The position numbers and the translations under genes were made by a program. A DNA stretch of 64,000 nucleotides. Source: an uncultured Prevotella sp. (lineage in GTDB: Bacteria > Bacteroidota > Bacteroidia > Bacteroidales > Bacteroidaceae). Numbering within the stretch: the first letter of the stretch is position 1; every line of letters starts with the position of its first letter. The notes below the pieces were generated by a model that ran no database searches, was not told the origin of the DNA, and saw nothing but the letters and a program-made list of their open reading frames with translations. The stretch covers positions 8,835 through 72,834 of the forward strand of contig ONYZ01000010.1 of NCBI GenBank assembly GCA_900322175.1, in the 5' to 3' direction. Positions 50,022-60,516 of the stretch are shown piece by piece.

Positions 50022-51040
50022 AGTTTATTTGTATTTGGGTTAAAACGTTTCGTAAACAATAATGCGGCCCAGGCATATATGCCTAGTGCAATTACCAGCA
50101 TGGTCTGCACGGTATGAACGATGAGCACGAACCACAGCGCCTGCTCATCGGCCACTCCGTAGAGTATCAGCATGGTCTTAATGGCAAAGTGCCAAGGACC
50201 AGCACCGTTTGGTGTAGGCACAATAACAGCGAAGTTGGCCACCACAAACGATACCAGCGCACAACCTATGCCCAGATTCTCGGTAAAGTCGAAACAGAAG
50301 AATGTAAGATAGTAATGCAGGAAATACATCACCCATATACCAACGGAAAAGAACAAATAGAGCGGCAGATTCTGCACTCCCCTAAGCGAGAGCACTCCTT
50401 CCCATATACCACCCAGCGTCATTTTCACCTTATTATATATAGAGAAGTTCTTAAGCAAAAAGTGCAGCAGTATCAGCACAGCCACAGCACAGATGGCTGT
50501 AACCAACCAACCTGTCAGCGAGAACCCATTCAGTATTCTGTCGAGCGATGTACCCGTCTTGCGGAAGAAAGTGCCAAAGATACTCATCTCTACCAGCAAT
50601 ATTATGCCAGAGTATATCATCACTATCAGTGTGTCGACAGCTCGCTCTGTAACTACAGTACCCAGCGCCTTAGAGAATGACACACCATCATAGCGCTTAA
50701 GAATAGCACAGCGCGAGAACTCGCCTATTCTAGGTATTATCAAACTTGCGGCATAACTGATGAATACAGCATTGATACAAGTAGAAGTTCTAATTTGTGG
50801 AGTATCCTCTTTCCCCAAAATAGGATCAAGCGTCTGTTTCCATCGCCATCCACGAAACATCTGAGCCAATATTCCGAAGGGGAAGCTAAGCAGCATCCAT
50901 GTCCAGTCCATCTGTTCTGTCAGCACATGACTAATCACCGAGAAATCCTCGCCTCGGTACATCCACCATAAAATAGCGCCACCCAACACAAAGGGTAGCA
51001 CCACTTTAGCCACACTGCTAATGATGTTTTTTAATTCCAT
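50018..51040 (-). CDS. Lysylphosphatidylglycerol synthase TM-region (UPF0104/flippase-like) protein
   Basis: RGWRW, PRIGEFSR, VTERAVD and PTPNGAGPWH; start reassigned to ATG 51040. Confidence 0.82.
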   Translation of the reverse strand: MELKNIISSVAKVVLPFVLGGAILWWMYRGEDFSVISHVLTEQMDWTWMLLSFPFGILAQMFRGWRWKQTLDPILGKEDTPQIRTSTCINAVFISYAASLIIPRIGEFSRCAILKRYDGVSFSKALGTVVTERAVDTLIVMIYSGIILLVEMSIFGTFFRKTGTSLDRILNGFSLTGWLVTAICAVAVLILLHFLLKNFSIYNKVKMTLGGIWEGVLSLRGVQNLPLYLFFSVGIWVMYFLHYYLTFFCFDFTENLGIGCALVSFVVANFAVIVPTPNGAGPWHFAIKTMLILYGVADEQALWFVLIVHTVQTMLVIALGIYAWAALLFTKRFNPNTNKL

Positions 51041-51195
51041 GGCTACAAAGGTACAAATTATAATTGACACGTGTCAACAATCGCCCGCTTTTTTTGTCTT
51101 TTTCTACATTTTACTTGGCTGTGTGCGATAACAGCAGTACCTTTGCACCAGTTTTAAGGATAACAAATAAATAAATTTAGAGAAAGGAATTAATT

Positions 51196-51300
51196 ATGGT
51201 AACATTGGAAACAAGTTTTTTATTGATGACCATGGCCGCCTTCGCGTTAGCTGTATCGCTGGTCGTAACCGTTGCTGTTAATGTAGACAACAATAAGTAA
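51196..51300 (+). CDS. Unannotated 34-aa single-TM small protein
   Basis: [42 protein letters not shown] promoter at 51138; terminator at 51316-51346. Confidence 0.65.
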   Translation: MVTLETSFLLMTMAAFALAVSLVVTVAVNVDNNK

Positions 51301-51440
51301 TTGAACAAAAAGTGAGTCGCAGATTTCCCTATCTGCGATTTTTTTTGCACTTTGGCTTCGCCGAAAGTACTTCCGTTCGGAATAAAAAATAAATCACGTT
51401 TTATTTTGTATTTCGCTCACTTATTCGTACCTTTGCCCCC

Positions 51441-52235
51441 ATGAAACAAGTTCGTCCTAAGAAGAATCTCGGTCAGCACTTCCTGACTGACTTAAATATA
51501 GCCAAGCGCATCGCAGATACAGTCGATGCTTGTCCAGAAATCCCTGTACTCGAGGTTGGTCCTGGTATGGGCGTCATGACCCAGTATCTAGTTGAAAAAC
51601 CCCGTCCATTCAAAGTGGTAGAGATTGACCGTGAGAGTGTGGCTTATCTTCAGGAGAACTTCCCACGTCTGCGCGACAACATTATCGGTGGTGACTTCTT
51701 GCGCATGGACCTACGTGAGGTGTTTGATGGTCAGCAGTTTGTGCTTACAGGCAACTATCCATACGATATCTCATCACAGATATTCTTCAAGATGCTCGAC
51801 AACAAGGACCTCATCCCTTGCTGCACAGGCATGATTCAGCACGAGGTAGCTGTACGTATGGCATCTCAACCTGGCAACAAACAGTATGGAATCCTGTCTG
51901 TACTTATCCAGGCATGGTACAATGTTGAGTATCTGTTTACCGTTGAGCCTGGTGTGTTTAATCCACCACCAAAGGTACAGAGTGCTGTAATCCGCATGAC
52001 TCGTAACGAGGTTACCGTTCTTGGTTGCGACGAGCAGTTGTTCCGTCGCGTGGTTAAGACCACCTTCAATCAGCGCCGCAAGATGCTCCGTGTATCGCTA
52101 CGCCAGATTCTTACGGATGCTCAACTCTCAACTCTAAATTCTCAATTCTCAACTCTCATGACACGACGACCTGAGCAACTGTCCATCCAAGAATTTATCA
52201 CCCTCACCAACATAGTGGCGAGGGCGATGGAATAA
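51441..52235 (+). CDS. rsmA: 16S rRNA m6,2A dimethyltransferase
   Basis: KKNLGQHFL, LEVGPGMG, GNYPYDISS and FNPPPKVQS. Confidence 0.95.
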   Translation: MKQVRPKKNLGQHFLTDLNIAKRIADTVDACPEIPVLEVGPGMGVMTQYLVEKPRPFKVVEIDRESVAYLQENFPRLRDNIIGGDFLRMDLREVFDGQQFVLTGNYPYDISSQIFFKMLDNKDLIPCCTGMIQHEVAVRMASQPGNKQYGILSVLIQAWYNVEYLFTVEPGVFNPPPKVQSAVIRMTRNEVTVLGCDEQLFRRVVKTTFNQRRKMLRVSLRQILTDAQLSTLNSQFSTLMTRRPEQLSIQEFITLTNIVARAME

Positions 52236-52247
52236 TCTACTATTATT

Positions 52248-53510
52248 TTACTTGTTGCAGCGTTCGGTGTAGAACTTCAGGAAGTCGCTCCACTTATAAT
52301 AAGGATAAGTGGCAGTGGGCACTGGTAGTGTGGCCTCGCGTCCGTTCATCAGACACTTCACCAATACGTCGGCATCCTTCTTGCTGCTTCGATAGAATAT
52401 CAGCTGTATGTTGCAGGCCTTACACGTCTCCCAACTTTGGTACACATTCTTCACCTCATAAGGATCCTCTGGGTCCTTATCAGCACCGTTTATACCCATC
52501 AGAATAGTAAGCGGGCCAATACATGTATCATGCCCAAAGCGCAGGTCGGCTATATGGTCGCTACTGCCATCGATAGCTGCGCCAGCCTTCTTCAGTATAT
52601 CCTGCAGTATGGGAATCATCTGATACTGAGGTCCGAACACCCAAGAGTACGTACCTAGGTTGTTGTGCTCCCACTCGGCAGCTATTTCCTCGTCGGTAAT
52701 CAGACCTTCCATCATTCCCTCGTGACCTATACTTGGCAATGATGTGTACAGGTTTATCAGATTGCTGGTGATGTGCTGCAGACGGCCTGGCAGCCCTTCG
52801 GTACTTACAAACATACGCTTGGCCAGATTATCTCTAAGCACATCAGCACTCTTAAACTTATCTCGATTCTTCTCGTAGCGTGGTCTCACGTACTTGGGAT
52901 AGTTGTGCTTGATGGGGTTCTGCCCGTCAGTAGGCACCACAGCATCAAGTGTAAAGCGTGATGACTGCTCACGTATCTCTATCTTAGGATTGCACTGAAC
53001 CAACTCCTGGCAGAAGGCAGACATACTGATTACGCATCGCCCCACTAGCGATGAGACAGCCAACACGTTTCCACCCTTCTTAAACACCTCGGGAAAGTTG
53101 TTGTACATGATACGAGCAATCCCCTGATGCTGCGCCCAACCCAGATCGGTCAGTTCGCTCACACCAGTCTGCAACTCCTGTTTAGCAGCCATAAACTTCA
53201 CTCTGAAGTTCTCGCCTGCGGCAGTCAGCAACTGCTTCTCGTGAGCAAAAGTCAGTAGTGAGTCTAGCTCTTTGTAGAGTGCACCGCTCCAGTAGTAACG
53301 CGACCCGTGACGTGCATAATGACTGATGTAAAACGGCTTGTAGCCACTAGGAGCCTTAGTCAGTTTTGGCGTTTCGAGCAGATACGGATAATCCGTACCG
53401 TATGCCCTACGAGGATCAGCCTTCAGCTGGTCTAAGGCCGATACATTCTGTCCCCATACTGTGAGGAGCGACAGTAGCGCAAAGGCTACACAGAGAAATC
53501 TTTTTTTCAT
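52248..53510 (-). CDS. Exported histidine acid phosphatase
   Basis: RHGSRY and RFGHD motifs; signal peptide. Confidence 0.85.
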   Translation of the reverse strand: MKKRFLCVAFALLSLLTVWGQNVSALDQLKADPRRAYGTDYPYLLETPKLTKAPSGYKPFYISHYARHGSRYYWSGALYKELDSLLTFAHEKQLLTAAGENFRVKFMAAKQELQTGVSELTDLGWAQHQGIARIMYNNFPEVFKKGGNVLAVSSLVGRCVISMSAFCQELVQCNPKIEIREQSSRFTLDAVVPTDGQNPIKHNYPKYVRPRYEKNRDKFKSADVLRDNLAKRMFVSTEGLPGRLQHITSNLINLYTSLPSIGHEGMMEGLITDEEIAAEWEHNNLGTYSWVFGPQYQMIPILQDILKKAGAAIDGSSDHIADLRFGHDTCIGPLTILMGINGADKDPEDPYEVKNVYQSWETCKACNIQLIFYRSSKKDADVLVKCLMNGREATLPVPTATYPYYKWSDFLKFYTERCNK

Positions 53511-53513
53511 AAT

Positions 53514-55112
53514 TTAGTATTGGTTACATATCAGTTTTTCTACCTTTACCTCATCATATAGTTCGCACACTGTGGGACGATGAGTGATGAAAAGCATTGT
53601 CTTCTGTGGGTGAGCCGTAAATATGCGATGGTAGAGTTCACGTTCTGTGGGTTCATCGAGAGAGCTACTTATTTCATCAAGTAGGAAAATATCACCACCA
53701 TGTAATAGACCTCGGGCAATGGCTATACGCTGTGCCTGTCCCTCACTCAGTCCGCAACCACGTTCGCCAAGTTCGGTGTCAAGACCATCAGCCATATCGA
53801 ACACAAAGTCGGCACAAGCGGTGTGCAACACCTCGCGCAGTTCTTCATCAGTGGCATCAGGTTTGGCCAATTGTAGGTTGTAGCGGATAGTGCCACTCAT
53901 CAGTGTGTTGCCCTGCGGCACGTAACAGATGTTGCCACCAACTTCCACCCGTCCGCTTGTGGGCTTAATAAATCCAAGGATGAGTCGGAACAGAGTAGTC
54001 TTTCCTATACCAGTTTCGCCCATAATAGCAGTCTTGGTGCCAGGTGCAAACACGTGGCTGAAATGCTGCAATATCTCGCAATCGCCATTAGCATAACGAA
54101 AACTTACGTCATCGAAACGCACAGATATTTCAGACAAGGTTTTATTAGATGTCTCAGACGACTGTTCGACCTTCTCTAGTTCTTCTAACCTATCGATGCT
54201 TGCAGTACAGTGTATCACCGTAGGCACCATGTTAAGTAGTTGCAGGATAGGGTGCTGAATCATACCAACCAACTGCAGGAACGAGGTCATCACGCCAAAG
54301 GTGATGGTACCATTGCGCAACCCTATGCCGCCCCAGACAAAAGCCAACAGATAACCCAATCCGAACACACATCCCATGATAATCCTCATGACAACGGTGA
54401 ATCGCATACGTCGCATCACATTGCCTTTCAATCGTTGCTGCATTGAGTCCAACCTGTCAGTCACCCATTGCTCCGAGCCCAACGAGCGCAGCACGGCATT
54501 GTGCTCCATACTCTCCTGCACCTGCATCTGTATCCTACTCTCGTCTTCGCGGATATCGAGTGTCATCTTGCGCAACTTCCTTGATATCAACTTGCCAAAC
54601 ACTATTGCCATCGGGGTTAACAACAACAATGCCCAGGCCAAACGAGCGTCGAACCAACGCATCAGCAGGAAAGCACCGCACATCTGTATAAAGGTGATGG
54701 CTATCTGGGGGATAGTATCGGTACACACATTGCTCACCGTCTCTATGTCCTTAGCCAGTCGTGATGTCACATCGCCAGAGTGTAGTTCCTGTTCGGCATA
54801 CAACTGCCTACGGAACAGACTGCTAAAGATTCTCAGTCGCAATGTATTTGTCTGATGCACGTTAGCGGTGGTGGTTAACCAGTAACCCAACTGGCGCAGT
54901 AGCACTCCGCCCAAAACGGTACTAACAAGTAGTATCACCATCCGCAGCACATCGTCAGACGTACCATTGCGTATAGTCTCGTCTATAAAATGTCTGCTCA
55001 GCCATACCATCAGCAGCCCGAGCACCACTTGCCCGAACCCTGTCACAATGCGCACCACAGTGTTACAGCGAATGCCACGTGAGTTACGCCACAGCCATAG
55101 TACGTAGTTCAT
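53514..55112 (-). CDS. ABC exporter, fused permease/ATPase (no C39 peptidase domain)
   Basis: TM domain; GETGIGKT, LSEGQAQR and LLDE. Confidence 0.88.
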   Translation of the reverse strand: MNYVLWLWRNSRGIRCNTVVRIVTGFGQVVLGLLMVWLSRHFIDETIRNGTSDDVLRMVILLVSTVLGGVLLRQLGYWLTTTANVHQTNTLRLRIFSSLFRRQLYAEQELHSGDVTSRLAKDIETVSNVCTDTIPQIAITFIQMCGAFLLMRWFDARLAWALLLLTPMAIVFGKLISRKLRKMTLDIREDESRIQMQVQESMEHNAVLRSLGSEQWVTDRLDSMQQRLKGNVMRRMRFTVVMRIIMGCVFGLGYLLAFVWGGIGLRNGTITFGVMTSFLQLVGMIQHPILQLLNMVPTVIHCTASIDRLEELEKVEQSSETSNKTLSEISVRFDDVSFRYANGDCEILQHFSHVFAPGTKTAIMGETGIGKTTLFRLILGFIKPTSGRVEVGGNICYVPQGNTLMSGTIRYNLQLAKPDATDEELREVLHTACADFVFDMADGLDTELGERGCGLSEGQAQRIAIARGLLHGGDIFLLDEISSSLDEPTERELYHRIFTAHPQKTMLFITHRPTVCELYDEVKVEKLICNQY

Positions 55113-55137
55113 TATTTAGGCACGGATAAATACAGAT

Positions 55138-55407
55138 TTATTCTAGCACGCCGACTTTTTGCCATTCATCGATGATGGTTGTTACATCAGCTTTGGCCTC
55201 GTCGGCTGATACTTCGTATTCCTCGCAGAGCTTCTCGGCCAAGGTATCGATGGTGAAATCACCCATCGCCACAGCCTGCTGCCATAGCCATGCGGCAGTC
55301 TCGTTAAGAGCCAACATCTTACCAAAGTTAATAGCACCAAGGCCTTCGCCTACTATCACATTTTCGCCGCACACCTGGCGCAGCACAAATCCATTCTTAA
55401 TTTTCAT
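55138..55407 (-). CDS. PqqD-family (RiPP recognition element-like) protein
   Basis: FVLRQVCGE...LNETAAWLW...LCEEYEV..A..DV. Confidence 0.85.
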   Translation of the reverse strand: MKIKNGFVLRQVCGENVIVGEGLGAINFGKMLALNETAAWLWQQAVAMGDFTIDTLAEKLCEEYEVSADEAKADVTTIIDEWQKVGVLE

Positions 55408-55409
55408 AT

Positions 55410-55859
55410 CTAAATTTTAAAGTTTAATCTTTTATATATTGCTAATATGTATCGACGGATGGGACGCATATGCCACCACAGTTTGGCAGCACGCTTTCGC
55501 CATGGGGTGTACAGATCATGAGTTTTCTCGTCGTGGCCAACCACATGTGTAGCCACAGCCTTCACATCGGCACGTGTACACCGTTCGGTGCCCACAATAT
55601 TACCATCGCCCATTAATATGACGTTAGTACCATCAAAAAGTATAATCCGATGCACCACATATCTGCAATTATCCACCCACGCCAACACGACATCTCCAAC
55701 TTTCAGTTCTGAGGGTTTCTGTAGAATTACGCTCTCCCTGCCACCGATGATAAACGGCAACATACTATAACCATTGACAGGTAGCGTTACACTCACCCCA
55801 TCCTCCACCAGGCGGACAGCCTCCTCAATTATGTAGTTATCACTCTTCACATTATTCAC
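55410..55859 (-). CDS. S24/S26-family peptidase
   Basis: GYSMLPFI (Ser), GDVVL, VVHRI (His) and MGDGN. Confidence 0.8.
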   Translation of the reverse strand: MNNVKSDNYIIEEAVRLVEDGVSVTLPVNGYSMLPFIIGGRESVILQKPSELKVGDVVLAWVDNCRYVVHRIILFDGTNVILMGDGNIVGTERCTRADVKAVATHVVGHDEKTHDLYTPWRKRAAKLWWHMRPIRRYILAIYKRLNFKI

Positions 55860-55863
55860 TGTC

Positions 55864-56730
55864 TCACCCTTTCACCTTTTCCATGCATATCATTGCAGCC
55901 TCTTCATCGGGCAAACACTCCAGATGCCATACAGGTACATTGATTGCCAACGAATTCTCCGTCTGATGAAGTCCGTCGGCTATACGTTCGTCCCAACGCT
56001 TGCCGCTGATGCTTGGTACTAGTGCAGCGTATGCCTGCAGGCCACCCAACCTAATTATCTTATTATAAGGAGCCTGACTTAGTAGCACGATACCACCCAG
56101 CGGATAGCTAACATTGCGATAGCAAGGTGTTTTGCCACTCCAAGGCGAACCATACACCACACCATCCCTTACCACCGGATTATCATCATTCACCAGTTCT
56201 GTGTCCTTAATATACTTCAGCCAGAGTCGGGCGTGGGTACTCTTACCTGTACCACTGGGACCTAGGAACATATATCCCATGCCCTGATAGCTGACCACCG
56301 CTGCATGAAACAGCGCAGTACCTTTATCGGCTGTAGACAAAGCATACAGCACCATCAGCGCATTGTCAATAGCCATCTTGGTATATTTACCAGTGGTGAA
56401 AAGCTGTCCTTTCTGGTATTCAGCTGAGCAGACTAACCACCCTGCAGTAACTCCCCACCAATGAAATTCAAAAACTGCTTCACCTGCAGTAGTATGTCCG
56501 CAAACTATTTCCTGTCCTTCTTCCTCCTGTCGTAACTCTTCTGTAAAGTTTGGTGCGTCACCATTGCTGATTGTCAGCATAAAGACAGGTTCATTCATAG
56601 CCATCCTAGCCTCTTCCGACTCAGGGGATAAACCAAACGGTTCATAATTCTCCATCAGTGTAAAGAGTTCCTCTTCACCACTTACGCAGAACCTATGCTC
56701 CGCAACCTTGTAATATCTTATCATTTCCAT
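55864..56730 (-). CDS. HPr-kinase/PEPCK-like P-loop kinase
   Basis: FHAAVV, GPSGTGKSTH, NDDNP and GSPWSGK. Confidence 0.75.
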   Translation of the reverse strand: MEMIRYYKVAEHRFCVSGEEELFTLMENYEPFGLSPESEEARMAMNEPVFMLTISNGDAPNFTEELRQEEEGQEIVCGHTTAGEAVFEFHWWGVTAGWLVCSAEYQKGQLFTTGKYTKMAIDNALMVLYALSTADKGTALFHAAVVSYQGMGYMFLGPSGTGKSTHARLWLKYIKDTELVNDDNPVVRDGVVYGSPWSGKTPCYRNVSYPLGGIVLLSQAPYNKIIRLGGLQAYAALVPSISGKRWDERIADGLHQTENSLAINVPVWHLECLPDEEAAMICMEKVKG

Positions 56731-56740
56731 TATTTCTTTT

Positions 56741-57409
56741 TTACCGATATATTGTCACCGTGCCTCCATCGCTCTCAGCATAGTCGATTAGTAGACGCTG
56801 AATGTATTGGGCGTTTTCTCTGACACGCTCTTCGTTGCCGTCGTAGCCATTGATCAAGACCACCAGATGGGTGGTGCTTAGGGTCATCTTTGTACGCTCG
56901 TGATCGCTAGTTGGGGTGCCTACCCCACCTTGGGCATCACGATATACTGGCAAACCAGCAATATTCAATGGGCCGCGACCTATCCCCTCGTAGGGTTCTC
57001 CATCCTTGCCTATGCCCAGTACCAACTCATCACCCACAAACTTATCTGCATCGAAACCGCCTATGCTATAGCCATAGGCAATAGAGGCAAGGTTTACCAG
57101 ATCTACCAGAGTGTCAATCTGATACAACTCCTTGCCTTGAAGCAAGCGACGGATGAGTTGCTCGCTGGCAGGACGATAGCGTGATGGATCCTTGCCACAT
57201 AGTTTATACACCGCACGAGTGGCGGCTATACTGGGCAGCGACTTTACACTCACGGTGGTTAGTTCGCTACGCAGGCGCTGTTCTACCTCGTGGATAGCAT
57301 TCCACAGTCTATCACAATAGGGGGTGTTTACTACCCTCGCCTCAACGCATGCGCCCACAAAAGTGGGGCACACACTGGATATCTCGTCAGAAACTCTTAT
57401 CTGTATCAT
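56741..57409 (-). CDS. B3/4 domain protein (PheRS editing-like)
   Basis: GKDPSRYRPASEQLIRR, LVDLVNLAS and IGGFD. Confidence 0.85.
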   Translation of the reverse strand: MIQIRVSDEISSVCPTFVGACVEARVVNTPYCDRLWNAIHEVEQRLRSELTTVSVKSLPSIAATRAVYKLCGKDPSRYRPASEQLIRRLLQGKELYQIDTLVDLVNLASIAYGYSIGGFDADKFVGDELVLGIGKDGEPYEGIGRGPLNIAGLPVYRDAQGGVGTPTSDHERTKMTLSTTHLVVLINGYDGNEERVRENAQYIQRLLIDYAESDGGTVTIYR

Positions 57410-58263
57410 TGCTGCATTTTTTGGATTGCCTCGCTGCACTGTTCCATCAGCCAACGGGGTGTACTAGTGGCTCCACAAATACCTACACTCTCAATACCCT
57501 CAAGCCACGAAGAATCAATCTCCTTTGGGTCCTCAACCAGATGGCTATTGGGATTTACGCGCAGACACTCATTATAGAGCACTTTACCGTTTGAACTTTT
57601 ACGACCACACACAAAGAGAATAAGATCGTGTTTGGACGCAAACTGCGATATGTTTGGCATACGATTGGCTACCGAGCGACAGATGGTATCGAAACTCTTA
57701 AAGGTGGCATCGGGCGAGATGTGAGTCTGGATGTAATCGATGATGCGATTAAACTCATCCAGCGACTTTGTGGTCTGTGAATACAGATAGATGTCGCGTG
57801 AGAAATCAAGCTTTGTCACCTCATCGCTACTCTCGATTACAATAGCGTTAGACTGGGTCTGACCAACCAATCCCAGAACTTCAGCATGACCTTTCTTACC
57901 AAAAATCACAATCTGGCGATTGTTATTCTCGTCATACTGTTCCTTGATGCGCTTCTGGAGTTTAAGCACCACTGGACAGGTTGCATCGATTATCTCGATG
58001 TTATTCTTACGGGCCAATTCGTATGTTTCGGGTGGCTCGCCGTGGGCACGAAGCAGTACCTTGGCATCATGCAGTTGGCGCATCTCACCGTGATTGATGG
58101 TGATAAGTCCCATCGCACGCAGACGGTCACACTCCATACCATTGTGTACTATATCACCGAGGCAATAGAGTTTTTCACCCTTGGCAAGCTCCTCTTCGGC
58201 TTTCTTGATAGCGGTGGTCACTCCGAAACAGAAACCACTGCCTTCATCTATCTCTATTATCAT
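57406..58263 (-). CDS. ispH: 4-hydroxy-3-methylbut-2-enyl diphosphate reductase
   Basis: GFCFGV, IVHN, RAHG, DATCPVV, DTIC, SSN and GATSTP. Confidence 0.95.
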   Translation of the reverse strand: MIIEIDEGSGFCFGVTTAIKKAEEELAKGEKLYCLGDIVHNGMECDRLRAMGLITINHGEMRQLHDAKVLLRAHGEPPETYELARKNNIEIIDATCPVVLKLQKRIKEQYDENNNRQIVIFGKKGHAEVLGLVGQTQSNAIVIESSDEVTKLDFSRDIYLYSQTTKSLDEFNRIIDYIQTHISPDATFKSFDTICRSVANRMPNISQFASKHDLILFVCGRKSSNGKVLYNECLRVNPNSHLVEDPKEIDSSWLEGIESVGICGATSTPRWLMEQCSEAIQKMQQ

Positions 58264-58283
58264 TGAACATTTATTATTGAACA

Positions 58284-59384
58284 TTATTTCTTAAGCTGTG
58301 CAAAGTAATCGTCCAGCAGGTCTTGAGCAGCTACGAAACTTGTCTTCTGGCCTTCGAGCACCGACCGTTCTGCGACACTTAGTTGTGCCTTGATAAGCGG
58401 ATTGTTATAGAAGTTCAGGCGCAGATGCTCGTTGATACTCTCGTACATCCAGTACTTGCTCTGCTCGTTACGACGATAGTCGAAGTAGCCATTGGCCTTT
58501 ACAAAGTCGACGTACTCGTATATCATATCGAAAATCTCTTTCACGCCTGTGCCGTAGAATCCGCTATAGCACAGCACCTTAGGCGACCATCCGCTATCGG
58601 GCATGGGGAAGAAGTGCAGAGCATTACGGAAGTTGGTAGCAGCCATCTGGCAACGGTCCACATTGTCACCATCGCACTTGTTGATGACTATGCCATCACT
58701 TATCTCCATAATACCACGCTTAATACCCTGAAGCTCGTCGCCCGTGCCTGCCACCTGGATAAGCAGGAAGAAGTCAACCATCGAGTGACAAGCTGTCTCG
58801 CTCTGACCTACGCCTACTGTCTCGACAAATATCTTGTCGAATCCCGCAGCCTCGCACAGTATGATGGTCTCACGAGTCTTGCGAGCCACACCACCAAGCG
58901 AACCTGCCGATGGACTAGGGCGTATAAACGACGATGGATGCTGGGCCAACTTCTCCATACGTGTCTTATCTCCAAGGATAGATCCCTTGGAGCGCTCGCT
59001 ACTCGGGTCGATAGCCAATACGGCCAGTTTGCCCCCCTTCTCCTTCAGCACATGCATACCAAACTCATCGATAGAGGTACTCTTGCCTGCGCCTGGCACT
59101 CCGCTTATTCCGATGCGGATACTATTGCCACTATACGGCAGACACTTGTTGATAACTTCCTGAGCACGTGCCTGATGGTCGGGATTTACACTCTCGATAA
59201 GAGTAACGGCCTGCGAAAGGATTGTGACATCGCCCTTGACGATGCCCTCAACCATCTCGCCAACAGACAGTTCGCGACGACGGAAGCGACCATGCTTAAG
59301 GTATGGATTAACGATAGAGGGCTGCTCTACCCCACTATTTACCTGCAAGCCTGCATATTCTGAGCTATTCTCGGGATGTTCCAT
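58284..59384 (-). CDS. meaB: Methylmalonyl-CoA mutase-associated GTPase
   Basis: GVPGAGKST, DPSS..GSILGDKTRM, ETVGVGQSE and GDELQGIKRG. Confidence 0.9.
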   Translation of the reverse strand: MEHPENSSEYAGLQVNSGVEQPSIVNPYLKHGRFRRRELSVGEMVEGIVKGDVTILSQAVTLIESVNPDHQARAQEVINKCLPYSGNSIRIGISGVPGAGKSTSIDEFGMHVLKEKGGKLAVLAIDPSSERSKGSILGDKTRMEKLAQHPSSFIRPSPSAGSLGGVARKTRETIILCEAAGFDKIFVETVGVGQSETACHSMVDFFLLIQVAGTGDELQGIKRGIMEISDGIVINKCDGDNVDRCQMAATNFRNALHFFPMPDSGWSPKVLCYSGFYGTGVKEIFDMIYEYVDFVKANGYFDYRRNEQSKYWMYESINEHLRLNFYNNPLIKAQLSVAERSVLEGQKTSFVAAQDLLDDYFAQLKK

Positions 59385-59420
59385 GATTCGAATTGAGAAT
59401 TGTAAATTGAGAATTGAGAG

Positions 59421-60494
59421 TTATTTCAACTTGATGTTAACAACCACTTTTGCGTGGTCGGGGTCGTTGGTAATCATCAGGATACGTGGACGAGTGCGGA
59501 GCTTCTGTAGATCAGCAGCTATTCCCGTAATCTTCAGATTGGTACTCTGCCCTGGGGCTATCTCGCTCTTGCTCAGGGTAACCTTTAGTCCTGAAGTAAA
59601 GAGCTGTAGCGATGATATCTTAAGCGGCGACAGACCAGCATTGGTAAGCGTAACGGTGGCCGATTTCTTCGACTTTCCACCAAAGTCGGTAAAGTCTACA
59701 TCTGTATCCGACATCTCCAGTTTTGGAGCAAGCCCCTTGTTCTCCTTCTCAAACTTCTTCATGTCGGGCAACAATACCGTAGCTACCTCAACGGCATTCT
59801 CCTGCTTAACCTTGTCGCCTGGGTTCTGTGCCATATAGAGTGTGGTCTTGGTGAGTCCGTAGTCACGAAGTTTGTCCGAAAGCAACTTTACTGTGATAGT
59901 GGCCGAACGATAAGGCAACAGATGGTCGGGACTCAAGATAGCTGAGAGATACGGAGGCAGATGCATCAGGTTGGGACGCATAGCTTTCTTACTATTATTA
60001 AATATGTGTATCTCCTTGATGGGCACATCGCCCTTGTTTACATCGTCAAACTCGATTGCATCGGTATCCAACAGCAAGTCGCCCATTGCCACAGGAAAGT
60101 CACCTGAGTAGTCGCGCATATCTGTCTTCACCACACCAGTCATAGTGAGGTAGAATGGTTTCTTGGTGCCATTACTCTTAACCTGACACATCTTCTGGAA
60201 GTGTCCCAACTGTCGTGCGTCGTAGGTCATCTTGATAGTAAATCTATCGCCCACGCCTACTTCCTTGGGATATTCTACCTTGGTACATCCGCAATCAGGT
60301 TTTACGCTCTCAATAATCAGTCGGCGGAATCCTTTGTTGCGAAGTTCGAATGTAGCAGTCACGGGCTGTTCGTAACCCGTTCCGCCCACATCTACTGTAG
60401 TAGTCTTAACGGTGAGACGCTGCGCGCTCACCTCGTGGAAAGAGAAAAGTGGAAAGAGGAATGAGAATAGTATAACTGTAAATTTCTTCATCAA
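59421..60494 (-). CDS. DUF1573 (Ig-like) domain protein
   Basis: VKPDCGCT motif; signal peptide; repeated Ig-like units. Confidence 0.8.
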   Translation of the reverse strand: MMKKFTVILFSFLFPLFSFHEVSAQRLTVKTTTVDVGGTGYEQPVTATFELRNKGFRRLIIESVKPDCGCTKVEYPKEVGVGDRFTIKMTYDARQLGHFQKMCQVKSNGTKKPFYLTMTGVVKTDMRDYSGDFPVAMGDLLLDTDAIEFDDVNKGDVPIKEIHIFNNSKKAMRPNLMHLPPYLSAILSPDHLLPYRSATITVKLLSDKLRDYGLTKTTLYMAQNPGDKVKQENAVEVATVLLPDMKKFEKENKGLAPKLEMSDTDVDFTDFGGKSKKSATVTLTNAGLSPLKISSLQLFTSGLKVTLSKSEIAPGQSTNLKITGIAADLQKLRTRPRILMITNDPDHAKVVVNIKLK

Positions 60495-60516
60495 TATAAT
60501 GTTTAATATTTAATCT

